64,000 bases of DNA from Octopus sinensis (lineage: Eukaryota), in NCBI RefSeq assembly GCF_006345805.1, contig NW_021834470.1, positions 1 to 64,000 on the forward strand, read 5' to 3'. Positions 1 to 11,599 of this stretch are shown here, in pieces (positions within the stretch are counted from its first letter, which is position 1; every line of letters starts with the position of its first letter). The notes beneath the pieces were generated by a model. That model searched no databases. It had not been told where the DNA came from and saw only the letters and a program-made list of their open reading frames with translations. A program made the translations under genes and the position numbers.

Positions 1-942
1 TACGATTTTACAGGAAAAGTTGTCTGCAAAAAAACAATAAGCAATTATCTACATGAAAATCATTACAAAGCATGTGTGTAAAAGAAAACTTTTTTATCAA
101 AAAAATAGTGAAAAACAATACGAGCTTTCAATAATCTTTTCTGCAATAAGCAATGAAACGTGGAGAACTGTTATATTAGTGACGAGGCTTCCTTTGAAAT
201 TTTTTCATCTAAAAAAAGAAAATTTTGCTTTAGAAATAAAAGTACAGCTTTAAATTATGCCCATTTAACGCCAACTTTGAAGTTTGATGGTGGAAAAATT
301 TTGGTATGGGGTTGTATCTCCTATCATGGAAAGGGGAATTTGTTATAGTAAATGAAAAATAAATTCTGCTGTATATATCAACATTTTAATAAATAATTTG
401 TGGAAATCGGCAGATAAAATGGGGCTAAATCGTTTTTTTTTTCCAACAAGATTTGGCCCCCTGTAATAATTCACGGAGAACAACAATTTTTGGATGAGAA
501 AAAAATTGAATTATTAAATTGGACACCACAATCACCAGATTTGAACCTAATTGAACATGTGTGAGCTACATAAAGGAAGAATTGAGTAAAAAAAAACTGC
601 ATACTAAAAAGGATTTATGCGAAAATATCATAAAAATTTGGGACGAAATACCAATGGAATTTGTGAGAAATTAACTGAAAGCATGCCAAGAAGAAACATT
701 GAGCTTTATAAAGCACACGGAGAACACATTAATTATTAATCATTTGACTTTTTTTCTAATCCGGTTTTTTTTACACAGAAAAAATTTAATATAGTCAGTT
801 TAGCTGTACAAAAAGATTATTGAAAAATTATAAAAAGAAAAGTTACGAAGATTATCATTATAATTAAAAAAAAGTTTAAAATTATAAACAGAATATAAAA
901 AAATTAAGCATTCGAAAATCCGGTTTTTTGTTACATGGAGTG
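1..942 (+). mobile_element. Degenerate Tc1/mariner transposase remnant with 3' TIR
   Basis: Frames give TVILVTRLPL/FSDE-like region, PTLKFDGGKILVWGCISYHG and WTPQSPDLNLIEHV. Ends ttacatggagtg followed by TA (CACT-type TIR). Confidence 0.85.
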
Positions 943-944
943 TA

Positions 945-1062
945 ATGTATGGCAATCAAAAGGAGTTGTAAATGATAAATTAATAAAAGATGCATAATGT
1001 ATGGCAACAAAAAGGAGTTGTCAATAATAAATTAATAAAAGATGCATAAGGTATGGCAATCT
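945..1062. repeat. ~52-bp tandem repeat, ~2.3 copies
   Basis: Unit atgtatggcaa(t/c)aaaaggagttgt(a/c)aat(g/a)ataaattaataaaagatgcata seen twice plus a partial third. Confidence 0.8.
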
Positions 1063-1269
1063 TAATTAGTAATTAATTCGTTTAAAAATATGTTTCCATG
1101 TGTTTTTTTATTAGTCTATCTCATTTGTTTACAAAAGAATATGACAGATATAAACAATGTAACAAAAAAATTGACAGAATTATCAAATTACATAATAAGA
1201 GTATTTATTCCTTCTATCGAATATTGAATATTCCTTATTCTTCCGATTTTTTTGCCGAAACTCTGGACG

Positions 1270-2615
1270 CCCTGGAACCTATTCTAAAAGGCCCGCGGGT
1301 ATCAGAAACAAGGACCTTGTAATCCTTGGTTCGCCAATTGGTCACGAGGCCCTCTCACAAACGCTCATCGCCAAGGCAAGCAATCTGTCAAACATGATCG
1401 AACGGCTTTCCCTCATTGATGCCCACGTCGGGTTCTTTTTTCTGCGTACTATTTCTCAACTCCGAGGCTTTTGTACACCCTAAGGAGTTCTCCTTGTTTT
1501 CGCATGCCTAATCTGTTATCCGATATCGATTCTATCTTGAAGTCTGGAGCCGAGTATTGTGTAACATCCATTCGACGCTCTGTGGTGGCTTCAATCTTCC
1601 CTGCCTGTAATCTTGGGGGGATTGGCCTTCGTTCGCCCGTTTATCTGGCTCTTCCTGCCTTCCTCTCGTCCCTGGCATCATCCCGTGCCCTCACTGACAT
1701 CGTTCTCAGAAACCTTCCCGAACGAAAAGTGTCAGTTGATCACGTGGCCGCCTCTGGACCTTTGGGATTCTGCGTATACAAAAGACCTGCCGACCCATCC
1801 GTCCAGGGTCAGTGGGACTCGATCACTTGTGACACTCTCTCCTCTGTCCTGCTTCAGAGTTTCGACCAGCACAGGCTGGCCTGTCTTCGTGCGGGCTGCA
1901 GTCCGGGCAGTGGGGCTGGCTTGACGACCCTTCCCCTACCGAACATCGGGACACTACTAGACGGCGACTGTCTCAGAGTCGCTATTTCTCTGCGTCTCGG
2001 TTTGAAGATCTGTGAAATTCACAAGTGCCGCTGTGGGGCCATGATCGACCTAGCACGGACTACACCCTCTTCCTGCAGACGCAGTGCTGGGCGGGCACCA
2101 CGCCACACAGCCTTAAATGACGTCGTTTTGAGGGGTCTCAACGCTGCCGGAATTCCATCAATCCTAGAACCGGCCGGGCTTGCTAGGGGAGACGGAAAAA
2201 GACCTGACGGTCTATCCACCTTCCCCTTTGAGTTCGGCAAGTTGCTGATTTGGGACGCGACATGTTCAGATACTTTCTCTGAACCTAATCTTCCCTTGTC
2301 AGCCGTCGCAGCCGGTTCGGTGTCCCTTAGAACAGAAAAGCTTAAGATTGCGAAATATAGAGAACTCTCGGAGCGATATCTTCGCCCCTGTTGCTGTCGA
2401 GACTTCAGGGGTCATTGGGGAAAGTCTTTGACTTTCCTCTATAAGCTCGGACGTCTGATCTCTCTGAAGAGAAATGACACACGCGAGACTGGCTGGCTCC
2501 TTCAGAGGATTTCCCTTGCCATCGTACGAGGTAACTGTTTCTCCATCTACGAAGCGGGGAAGTCCTCTAACTAACTTTATCACATTTGATAAGAAATAGC
2601 TCTGTTAAAAAAAAG
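1270..2615 (+). mobile_element. CRE-like non-LTR retrotransposon, 5'-truncated (RT C-terminus, CCHC finger, RLE endonuclease)
   Basis: LGSPIG, LP..LGGIGLR, CRCG...C...RH..LND, GKRPDG, LIWDAT, RISLAIVRGN; A-rich tail at about 2607. Confidence 0.85.
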
Positions 2616-2899
2616 AGTATTTATAGTTGTCAGATAATGTTAGTCAGATAATCGCAAACAGTATTTAAGGACGGTTTTGCGGTAATTAACGGAGAGATTG
2701 AAAGTGGGAAAAATTATTGATTCACAACTTTTATGTAGATAAAAAGATTTAAAAGAAAAATTAAAGTTTAAAAAAAGCTTAAAGATTTAAAAGAAAAATA
2801 ATTCAATCTCTTCGTCATAAATAAAATTCTGTTATAAAGAATAAAAATTTAATTAAAATAGGATGAAATTCAATTTTCAAAATTTCAAAATAAGTAGAT

Positions 2900-3516
2900 A
2901 TTTCGGGTCCACGATCTCTCCGAACGGTTTGCACGCCCTCTCGTGCAAGAAGAGTGCTGGCAGAATTCCTCGCCACACTCACCTCAATGACGTCGTGAAA
3001 AGGGCTCTAGAGTCGGCAGGTTTCCCCTCCACTCTAGAGCCAGTCGGTCTCTGCCGGAGTGATGGAAATCGACCTGACGGGATGACTACCTTCCCTTTCA
3101 GGGAAGGCAAGTCCCTGATTTGGGACGCAACTTGTGTTGACTCGTTCTCCGCGTCGGTGTTACTCAAGTCCATCACTAACCCGGGTTCCGCCAGTGCTCA
3201 GGCTGAGGAGGCTAAGAGGTCGAAGTATGGAAATATTTGGACTCTTACGAGTTTGTCCCCCTCGCCTTCGAAACATCTGGAATTGTCGGCAGGTCTGCGA
3301 CTCGCCTTCTTGCCGACATTGCCAGGAGAATCGCCAAGAAGACAACGACCGGAGGGAGACGAGCTGGCTCTTCCAGCGAATCTCGGTCGCAGCTCCGCGG
3401 AAACTGCCACTCGATACGCAGTGCGGCGACTTTGAGCTGACCTCCAGGCTCTTTATTAATTCGTGTATAACTTATTCCCCATTTTAATTAAATATTTGTT
3501 ACTTCAAAAAAAAAAA
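2900..3516 (+). mobile_element. CRE-like retrotransposon 3' fragment (second family)
   Basis: GLHALSCKKSAGRIPRHTHLNDVV, GNRPDG, LIWDATCVDS, frameshifted FVPLAFETSG; poly-A at about 3506-3516. Confidence 0.85.
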
Positions 3517-4004
3517 AGTAGAATATACAGATTGAAGGAATAAACTTACAATATTACAAAATGATGAAATTTCAGTTAATTTAATCATTAAAAGAAACTA
3601 CATCGCAAATATCCCTTCTGAATCCAATTAAATAAAAAATAAAGATCGACCAAATAATGTAACAAAACAACAAGGTATGTCAACCACGTTTTACACAGGC
3701 ATAATTTATTAGTTTTCTATTAATAATTGGATAACAAAAAATTAAGATAATTTATTAATGCAAACAAACATTATTTTAATTAAAACACAATTCTACCTAG
3801 TAGCTTATAAACAGTGTAAATATTAGAGCGCATATTTCTGCGATGGTTCAGATAGCTGAAATAAGGATACAAAGAACTGCGATCAAGATTGTTGAGGTGT
3901 CAAAAGTCGTGTTTAGTTATCTACACATTGTCATAACCAACTGTACTCTCAAAAATGACATTGAATGCATTCAGAAGTAAAAATCGATTTTTAAAGTATT
4001 TTAT

Positions 4005-4195
4005 TAAACGGAAACAGCAGTGTTGTCAAAATCCTTGCAAACATGGTTGATCTACGGCGAAGACGAAAACTCCAATACGCTCCTTGACTTGCCTGCCTTA
4101 AACGGACACAAGGAAGTAGTAAAATTTCTCATTGAGAATAACGCAGTCATCGAAGCCAGGTTGCTTATTTGCATGAACACAGAAACTAATTTTTT
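4005..4195 (+). pseudogene. Ankyrin-repeat gene fragment, copy 1 (TRPA1-like), with 23-nt intron at 4160-4182
   Basis: NGNSSVVKIL... DENSNTLLDLPALNGHKEVVKFLIENNAVIEAR matches the ankyrin consensus; GT-AG intron gttgcttatttgcatgaacacag. Confidence 0.7.
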
Positions 4196-4519
4196 TAGTA
4201 ATTGGGCTAAAATGCGAACAAAAAATAAAAAGTTGTTTTCAGCTGTAGGACGAAGTAGGCTTTAATTATGTTACAATAAAAGCGGTTTGCAGTGCACTTT
4301 AAGTCTATTGGGGTTTCATTTTAACAAGTTTATATCATATGCACAACGTCACTAAGGTCAAACAATAAATGGAGAAATCAAGGCAATTGCCACCTGAAAG
4401 TTACATAAAGTGGGCTGATTTGATAGCTTGGAATCAACTAACCACATATTAATAGACTTACGTAACTCCAGAGCTTTTGGGCCGATTATCCAACTCGTCT
4501 CGAAAGCCAGGGGTCGAAA

Positions 4520-4835
4520 AGGCAGGTGTTCTCCAATGAGCCGATGATCTTATTAGTAAGAATCCAATTAAAAATCACTTTTAAGACGCCTAAACGCAGA
4601 AAAAAGAAAATCATTTTTAGCAAATGTTTGGGTATGTCGAATGAGGAATTCAACACAATAATTTTTTGCGATGAGTGCAAATTTAACTTATATCAGAGTG
4701 ACGACATTGATATAGAGAACGTTATAATTCAAATAACATTCTCCCTACTGTGAAACTCGGTGGTGGGTCATAATGTTGTGAGGCTGTATTTCGTCCAAAG
4801 GCGTCGGTAGAATCGTTTCTATCGGTGAGAAAATA
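4520..4835 (+). mobile_element. Tc1 transposase internal fragment
   Basis: IIFCDECKFNL, then PTVKLGGGS.ML*GCISSKGVG. Confidence 0.8.
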
Positions 4836-4839
4836 AATG

Positions 4840-5000
4840 CCCTTTAACTTTGCTGCCTTAAACGGACACAAGGAAGTAGTAAAATTTCTCATTGAGAATA
4901 ACGCAGTCATCGAAGCCAGGTTGCTTATTTGCATAAACACAGAAACTAATTTTTATGGACACCTCTTGACTGTGCGGCAACAAATGGGAATATATGTCGA
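4840..5000 (+). pseudogene. Ankyrin-repeat gene fragment, copy 2 (TRPA1-like), with 23-nt intron at 4920-4942
   Basis: Removing the intron gives AALNGHKEVVKFLIENNAVIEARN*FLWTPLDCAATNGN, two ankyrin repeats in register with one in-frame stop. Confidence 0.75.
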
Positions 5001-5136
5001 ATATTGGTTAAAGTTTTTGTTAAGTTTGAGTTTTTGGCATCGGTTATCTTGTCCATCCCAATGTGACTGATTTTCGCATAGTGATTCATGATAGTGTTTG
5101 CCTGTTCTCTGAACGATTTTATTTGTCTTTTATTGT

Positions 5137-5960
5137 TTAGACCAGAGGCGTGTGATCTGTATCGACTGATTGTAATGTATGGATTCCTTTAAGAACTCTC
5201 CAGAAATGCGAGAGCTTGGTTCTGTGATCGAGAGACGAGATGAATTCGGACCATTTATTTTTCTTATGCTTTGAGATCATCTGGTTGATTTTCTCGTTGA
5301 AGACTGACAATTCATGCACGTTTGTGTGGTTGGTCCTTTTCAATAAGCGTCTTTTTTGAATGAGTTTTATTATTTCTCGGTTAAATAATGGTTTTGCATG
5401 TTTGTGGAATCCTTCAGGCACGTGTCTCTTGTCAGCCGCCAATAGTTTCGATGTGAAGAATTGGATAGCGGAGTCCAGTGAGCTATGGGCTGCTGTTGAG
5501 AACCCTTTGAAGGCAGCTTCGGTATCTTGACGATAGGCGGTATCTTGACGATCCAGTTTGCTCGGTTGTAGTTGATGATAGTTTTTCTGAAAATGTCACG
5601 AGGTGATAGAAGGTCAATTGAAATGAGAATTGGGTTGTGGTCTGACGGGAGATCATAAATCACTGACCAATGTATGCGGGAGGAGATTGATGGGGACAGA
5701 GGGAGAGATCTGGAGATGTATTAGTGTCGTTTGCTCTCAGAGCACACCTTGTATGTGTATGAGGGTCGTTCAGTATGACTAGATCTTCCAGTTGCGACAT
5801 TAGGTGAAGACCTCGCTGGTCAAGGCATTGATTAGACAGCCAGACTGGATTTTTAGCATTTAGATCTCCGCAGAGAATCAGTCTAGTGAAGTTTCAATGG
5901 TTTACCTATTCCTCTCGCTGACCGTTTGGTCGTAGATTAAATACATTTAGACTAAAAACA
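5137..5960 (-). mobile_element. APE-endonuclease LINE fragment (Jockey/I-like)
   Basis: ILCGDLNAKNPVW, ILND, SPDLSLCS, SDHNPILI (EEP domain), followed by the post-endonuclease linker KKNKWSEFISSLD. Confidence 0.85.
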
Positions 5961-6288
5961 TTTGTAAACATTTTTAAATAAATCATTATTCATATCTTTA
6001 AGTCGCATGTATTTTTATCAACTTTGGATATTTGTTATTTTGTTGAATCTATTTGATCATAGATATGGATATTTTCGATTATTACGATTTTCATAAATAT
6101 CGTGTCTCAGTAGGACATTGTCTCCTGCAACTAAATCTTCATATACACTTTGTGATTTAAACAATCGTCGTCGTTTTCAAAATAATCTGATCCAGTTATT
6201 TCTGATTGACTTAATTCCTCCGTTTCTTTTTACAAATTTGAAGTTAAATCAAAGACAGTTAGAAAAGGAGAAAGTTTGTTTAAGTTGT

Positions 6289-6370
6289 TTAGAGCGCTCT
6301 TCCAGCCTCACGGATTGCGGAACAGTTGCCGCGGATTACGGTAATGGAGAGGCGTTGAAGAAGCCCACTT
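6289..6370 (-). mobile_element. Extreme 3' tip of a CRE-like element
   Basis: Translates LLQRLSITVIRGNCSAIREAGRAL*, matching the C-terminus of the CRE-like ORF at 45847-46833 (LSIAVIRGNGFAIREAGR). Confidence 0.7.
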
Positions 6371-7005
6371 TAAAAGATTCCAGGATGTTTATTTAATTGA
6401 ATTTATTCTACTAAACTTTTAATAATGTTAGGTTTTAATTAGGAAAGGCCATTTAGAGGTCAATGAAAATTCAAGAAAAAGCACTGTTGAACAACTTTTG
6501 GTACTTTAGAGTTAAGATATTCCGACCAATTGGAATCAACCATAATGTTTATATTTAGAGAAATTAAGCAAAATCAATTTGCACTAAAAATGCAATGTGG
6601 TGGGGGCTAAATTTTTGATGAAGTTTTCATTTGATCGATTTCACATTGATGTGATGTTTTAGACTCGGACGCTTAAAGTTCAAGAGCTATAAAAGTACAC
6701 TCAAAGGACAACACTTCTGAAGTAGCAATAAAACACTCAAAAGGGATGGCTGAAAGAATTCAATGTCAATCTACGGATGCATATGTAAAATGTATTTTTA
6801 AAGTCGATAATATTGTTAAATTTTGGCACTTGTGCCTGTATGAGTGTGAAATCAACGGCTTTCAGTGCGTTTTACAAAAACAGCTTGGGATTTTATGTTA
6901 TGCACTGGCCTGCCAGAATTTCGAATGCTGGAATTTACTACAAATGCACAAGTAGGCCTCTAAGCCTGGATATCACTAACGCCAAATGAAAACTGGATGG
7001 CCATA

Positions 7006-8439
7006 CACCCCTCGACATTAAAATTCGAACACTTAATTTTAAGCAAATTTTTAATCATTTTCAATAAAATAATTTATCTGAGCTTCTTTATTTGTATTAT
7101 TCAAACTATTTTAATATTTAAATATATATTGAAACATATAATTTTAAAAAATAAAGCAAAAAACGAGAATTTCATGACAAAAAAAACCGAACAAAATATA
7201 ATTAGTAGCTTGAATGCCTTCCTTTTCTGTTGTAAACTTCCAAACTACGATTTTTCATTGAGCTAACAAGTTTTCTGATGAATTCCATTGGGATATTTTC
7301 CCAAATTTCCGATATTTTTTTGCTTAGATCAATTTTTGTACTTGTTCTGCTTTCTGACGTATCACTTGAAAGAACGTTTTTAATGTGAGCCCAAATGTGT
7401 TCGATTGGGTTCATGTCAGGTGACTGAGGGGCCAGTCGAGCAAATTAATATTTTGAGACGACATACATTCTTTAGTTGCCTTAGATGTGTGGCAAGGCGC
7501 ATTATCTTGTAGGACTATAGTCGCTCAATCCCTCAATATTTTATTCGCTGAATCTTCAAGATTATTTGCCAGAATATTAATATATTCCCCAGAGTTCATT
7601 TTTCCATCAATAAAAACTAATTTCCCCATTCCGAAATACGAAAAACAGCCCCAAACAAGAACTTTCCTCCCTCCACCAAACTTAAAACTAGGTATTATCT
7701 TCGCATATCTCAACTTATTTCCTTTTTTTCTGTATTGATACATTCGTCTTGAATGGGAAAAAAGTTCAAAACTACATTTGTCGGAGAAAATAACTTTCCT
7801 CCATCCGCTGTCGGAAATTGCAAGAAATTTTTTAGATATTCCATATCTGAGAGCAATATTTTTGAACTTAGAAATGGTCGTTTCTTTACAACTCGTCCAT
7901 ACAAACCTTTTGAGTTTAGAATTCTTGTTATTGTGCGTGCTGAGACTTTTTTTGTGTAATTTTTTTCCATTTCTGAAGACAAGGTAACTGCGGTTCGAAA
8001 ATTATCAGTTGATAATGATAAAAGAATCCTAATTTCATTTTGACTGAACTTGGGTGGCCTTCCAGATCCAGCCTTTCTGCACGTAATTCCGGTTTTTAGA
8101 TATTTTTTAACAAAGTCCCAAACAGTTGTCTTCGGTATATTTACGATATCCGAAATCATTTTATAGGAGAAATTTTGATTATATAAAGATATAATTTGTC
8201 CTTTTTTTGAAATTATTCATTTCTGTCTAATAAAAATTGTATTCTGCGAGTTGAACAAAATACCGTTCGGAATTCTTTGTCACTAGAAAACACGTTTCTG
8301 CTTTAATTTTGAAAATTATATGTTCGAATATATATTTAATATATAAATAGTTAAAATAATACAAATAAAGAAGCTCAATAAATTATTTTATTAAAAATTT
8401 GCTAAAAATTAAGTGTTCGAATTTTAATGTCGAGGGGTG
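7006..8439 (-). mobile_element. Full-length but frameshifted Tc1 (DD34E) element, 1434 bp, long TIRs, TA target duplication
   Basis: TIR cacccctcgacattaaaattcgaacacttaatttt at both ends, flanked by TA. GSGRPPK, KVIFSD, FGGG.VLVWGCFS, QDNAPCH, PQSPDMNPIEHIW. Confidence 0.95.
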
Positions 8440-8709
8440 TATTTTGCGTGTAAATTTCGTTGCCCCAGCTAATCTGGCAATGAAGGATTGTTTCATGTTT
8501 GAGAGGGAATGCTTTCGTGGTCGACCAAGGATGACGCTACCAGTTGTATTACACGATGACTTTCAAAAAATGAAGAAGTGTCAAAGTCAAGTGAAAATCA
8601 CATTTATTTTTCAACCTGTTCATGCAGAATAACTCTTTTATTGTTATCATAATTAATTAAAGTTTAAATTAATTATATTTTCGACATTTGAATAATTTCT
8701 CATTTGTAG

Positions 8710-9360
8710 TTCTATTGGACAAGACAATCTCTCGATGAAGAAACGAGTATCAAATATTTTAATATCACTAGTTTGTGTCCGAAGGTCTACTAAGAACTGA
8801 ACTAAAGTCAACAATGATGAGAATATTTTGTGAAGAGGGATTATCGGATGTCTCCATTCGTCATCATCCAAAGAAGATTGAAATTGTTCTGATGGCGACT
8901 CGCCGCACCAAATCGCTGCTGATCGGGGATTGAAGATTAGAGAAATGAAAGGACTGATATCTTCTCGCTTTGGATTCCCCACAGATCAAATCGAAGTATC
9001 CCATTTGTTAGTTAGTCAAGATATCTGTCGAACGTCTACAAGATAAAGGGCTTAGTGCAGTGGCACAGGTGGAGTCTATTCGTTACAAGCTGATAAGTGG
9101 GTTGGCGGTGAGGAGGGCAGCCCATTCGACTATCAAGTTGTGCATGGGGGCGGGTGCAAACGGAGTTGAGGTCAAAGTGTCCGGAAAACTTCGCGGTCAG
9201 AGGGCCAAGTGTTCTAAATTTGTGGACGGTTATTTGATTCACTCCGGGGATGCTCCCAACTACTATTTGGACAGGGTTGTGACAGGGATTCAGATGAAAT
9301 CAGCTAATGACTATTCATATTTGTAGGTGTCATCGGTATACAAGTCAAATTCTTTACTGA
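8710..9360 (+). pseudogene. RPS3: 40S ribosomal protein S3 (uS3) pseudogene with three tiny introns
   Basis: Spliced: LSMKKR|FVSEGLLRTELKSTMMRIFCEEG...IEIVLMATR (frameshift ~8902) PHQIAADRGLKIREMKGLISSRFGFPTDQIE|ISVERLQDKGLSAVAQVESIRYKL...VSGKLRGQRAKCSKFVDGYLIHSG...QMKS|GVIGIQVK. Introns 8747-8771 and 8996-9020 (25 nt, GT-AG) and 9304-9326 (23 nt, CT-AG). C-terminus missing. Confidence 0.9.
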
Positions 9361-9409
9361 ATTCAAATATCATTTTATTTTTTTTTTTGCTACATGCATG
9401 TTGGTTTTT

Positions 9410-9620
9410 GACGCTATGAACAGAAACTTTTCTACCAACCAATCTACAGAGATTCATAACAGTTCCGTGTTGTTTTCATCAAGTAATAATATACCAAGCA
9501 GTAATTCCTGGTAATGTTAACAGTTAAAAATCTCTTCATATTTTTACCTTTTTGGTAGGCTGTTACAACTCTTTGTTTTAGGTCCAAAGAATGCTCTTTC
9601 CTTGTCGACATGATATTTTT
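9410..9620 (-). mobile_element. Tc1/mariner N-terminal fragment
   Basis: MSTRKEHSLDLKQRVVTAYQKGKKYEEI...KQHGTV (paired-like HTH start). Confidence 0.7.
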
Positions 9621-9899
9621 AATAAGAAGCACAAAATGAAAATGTATTTACATTAATCAGAATCCATTAATCATTTTCATTGAAATTACAGCTAATCAAT
9701 CATTTTCAGGTAAAAAGAAGCTACCAACAAAAAGAAGTAAAGAAGGATAATCATTCATATCTTATTGTAGAAAAATCCATATTTCCTTAATAGTCTCATC
9801 ACTTTTTTCTAGATAAAATTTGAAATTTTTTATCTAAAGTGTAGTTTCTCTCCCATTAATCTGTTATTAGACATTATATTTTTTTTATTTTTCCCTTTT

Positions 9900-10266
9900 C
9901 TTCATATGGGAAGTCAAATCTGTGTAGTTTCTATGACAGATTCGTCCCCACAATCTTTTAAAATTCTAACCTAAACTGTTTTTATTCAATTATATCTTAT
10001 TTCTTAATTCAAAATCATATTTTGACTTGTGTACTCCCTTTTTTATTCGTTCTTTTAAAATAAATGAATTCATTTCTGGAGGAGTAAAATCAAAAATTTT
10101 ATCATTCGTTTCTAAAAAATACATCGTATATTTTCCATCAAGTTTATCTACTACAAACGAGACCTTATTATTTTCCTCCCAATCTGACTTTACAAATGAA
10201 GCGATAGAAGATTTAAAAAAGCAGGGTATTTCCACTAAACAATATTGATATTAAGAAAGTAAACAT
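9900..10266 (-). pseudogene. Possible degraded host gene of unknown function
   Basis: Hydrophobic start MFTFLISILFSGNTLLF joins the 81-aa ORF if one T is removed from a T-run. A 25-nt AT..AG segment follows and keeps the frame if spliced. Stops downstream. Confidence 0.25.
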
Positions 10267-11149
10267 TAAAAAAATGCGCTGCTCTTTATGATTTAAAAAA
10301 ATAAAGGATTTTTGGGTCAACGCTTAAATACACAGACAAAACTATTTTCAGAGAAGTCATGGCAGAGCTTGGGTTAAGCATGTTTTATCTTAATGCGGAA
10401 GGATGGGACTATACCGCTCCTAAAATCTAAAAATGACCAAACAAAAGGAACTCTAACCCAACGCACAAACTCAGCTGTTTTCGAGTTAGTCAGTCTTTCT
10501 GAAGCAGTGGACTTTAACATGATGGAAAAAGCTCTCCCTTCAGCAGGCACAACCGATGCGGATGGCTCTACTATCAAACATAGACATCTTAGACGAGGAA
10601 TGTCAAACATGCAGGTTGCAAACTTCATGTGCCACACTAATAAAACAGTACCCTGCAGTCCGATTTTATGTCTAACAGTGATTCTCAACATTTTAGCTCA
10701 AGTGCCAGATCAATAATTAAGAGGATGAGTTCTCAATCTTTTTAGCTTAAGGAGTAAATCGATAATTATGAGTATCATTCTGGGCCGCACAAAAAAATAT
10801 TTTATTTGATCAAAAAAGGCTTTATTAGTTAATAAGAGAATCAATGTTTTGCTGGCGTCTATTATTTTATTGAAAAGGGGGTAAAGTTCAAGACAAAGTT
10901 CGTAAAGTTGAATTAGGTGTTCACTAGTTATTCGATTTCGATACTTACTTTTTATTCTCATAAGTTTACTGAAAAGATCTACACATCATACGTTTTTCCA
11001 AAGACTGATGCATTTTTTAGCATTATCGACCAAGTTCGGATATTTTCATTATTTTAAAATTTAAAATAGATGTACATTTTCTGCATAAAACGCGCGAGAC
11101 CTTTACTAATTCTCTAATAATTATTATAACACACATTCCGTAGGAACAT

Positions 11150-11440
11150 AAACAAAGTTATAATTCCAACGTGTCACAAAACGACAAATCTTCTGGACCA
11201 TCCTTGTCCATGCCCTTCTGTTGCGGGCGAGATCCCGCAAAGATTCTAGGTCGTCCCAATTTTGAAACTTTTGCCATGAAGTTGAAATCCTTTTCAAGAA
11301 CTGCCGAAAGAGTGGATCTAGGTCTTCCACGATATTTGTCTTCATGTTCGGAGAAATAATCGTCCATTGCCCGATTGGCCGGAGCTCTGGGGTCCATTCG
11401 CAAAATGTGGCCAAATAATTTCCACCGGCCAAATAATTCT
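11150..11440 (-). mobile_element. RTE-like LINE 3' end
   Basis: GHILRMDPRAPANRAMDDYF...RGRPRSTL...DLARNRRAWTRMV; related to the 21965-23387 element. Confidence 0.75.
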
Positions 11441-11599
11441 CTAAATAAACATAATTATAAACCGATGCAAAAAAGTAAACTATTAGAAAAAAATAAATTT
11501 TTCAAACGATATAACTCTAATTTACGGAATAAATATACTTTTTGTTATTTCAACAAGATTTTTTACCAATTAAAAAAGCAATCGTAGTATTTCACCGTC

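Noticed and set aside
4943-4960. Reassigned TAA codon (in-frame TAA in the ankyrin frame)
   Set aside because: Single instance in a fragment that is otherwise decayed; it is one substitution from TAT/TAC, and transposon ORFs here end normally at TAA.
6400-8630. Gene or older transposon interrupted by the 7006-8439 Tc1 (GRPRK motif at about 8510 on the minus strand)
   Set aside because: Joined flanks have stops in all frames; one short motif is not enough for a call.
10374-10716. 107-aa and 105-aa ORFs, and a CQTC (thioredoxin-like CxxC) motif in the third frame
   Set aside because: No family recognised; the CxxC frame has several stops and lacks the WCxxC context.
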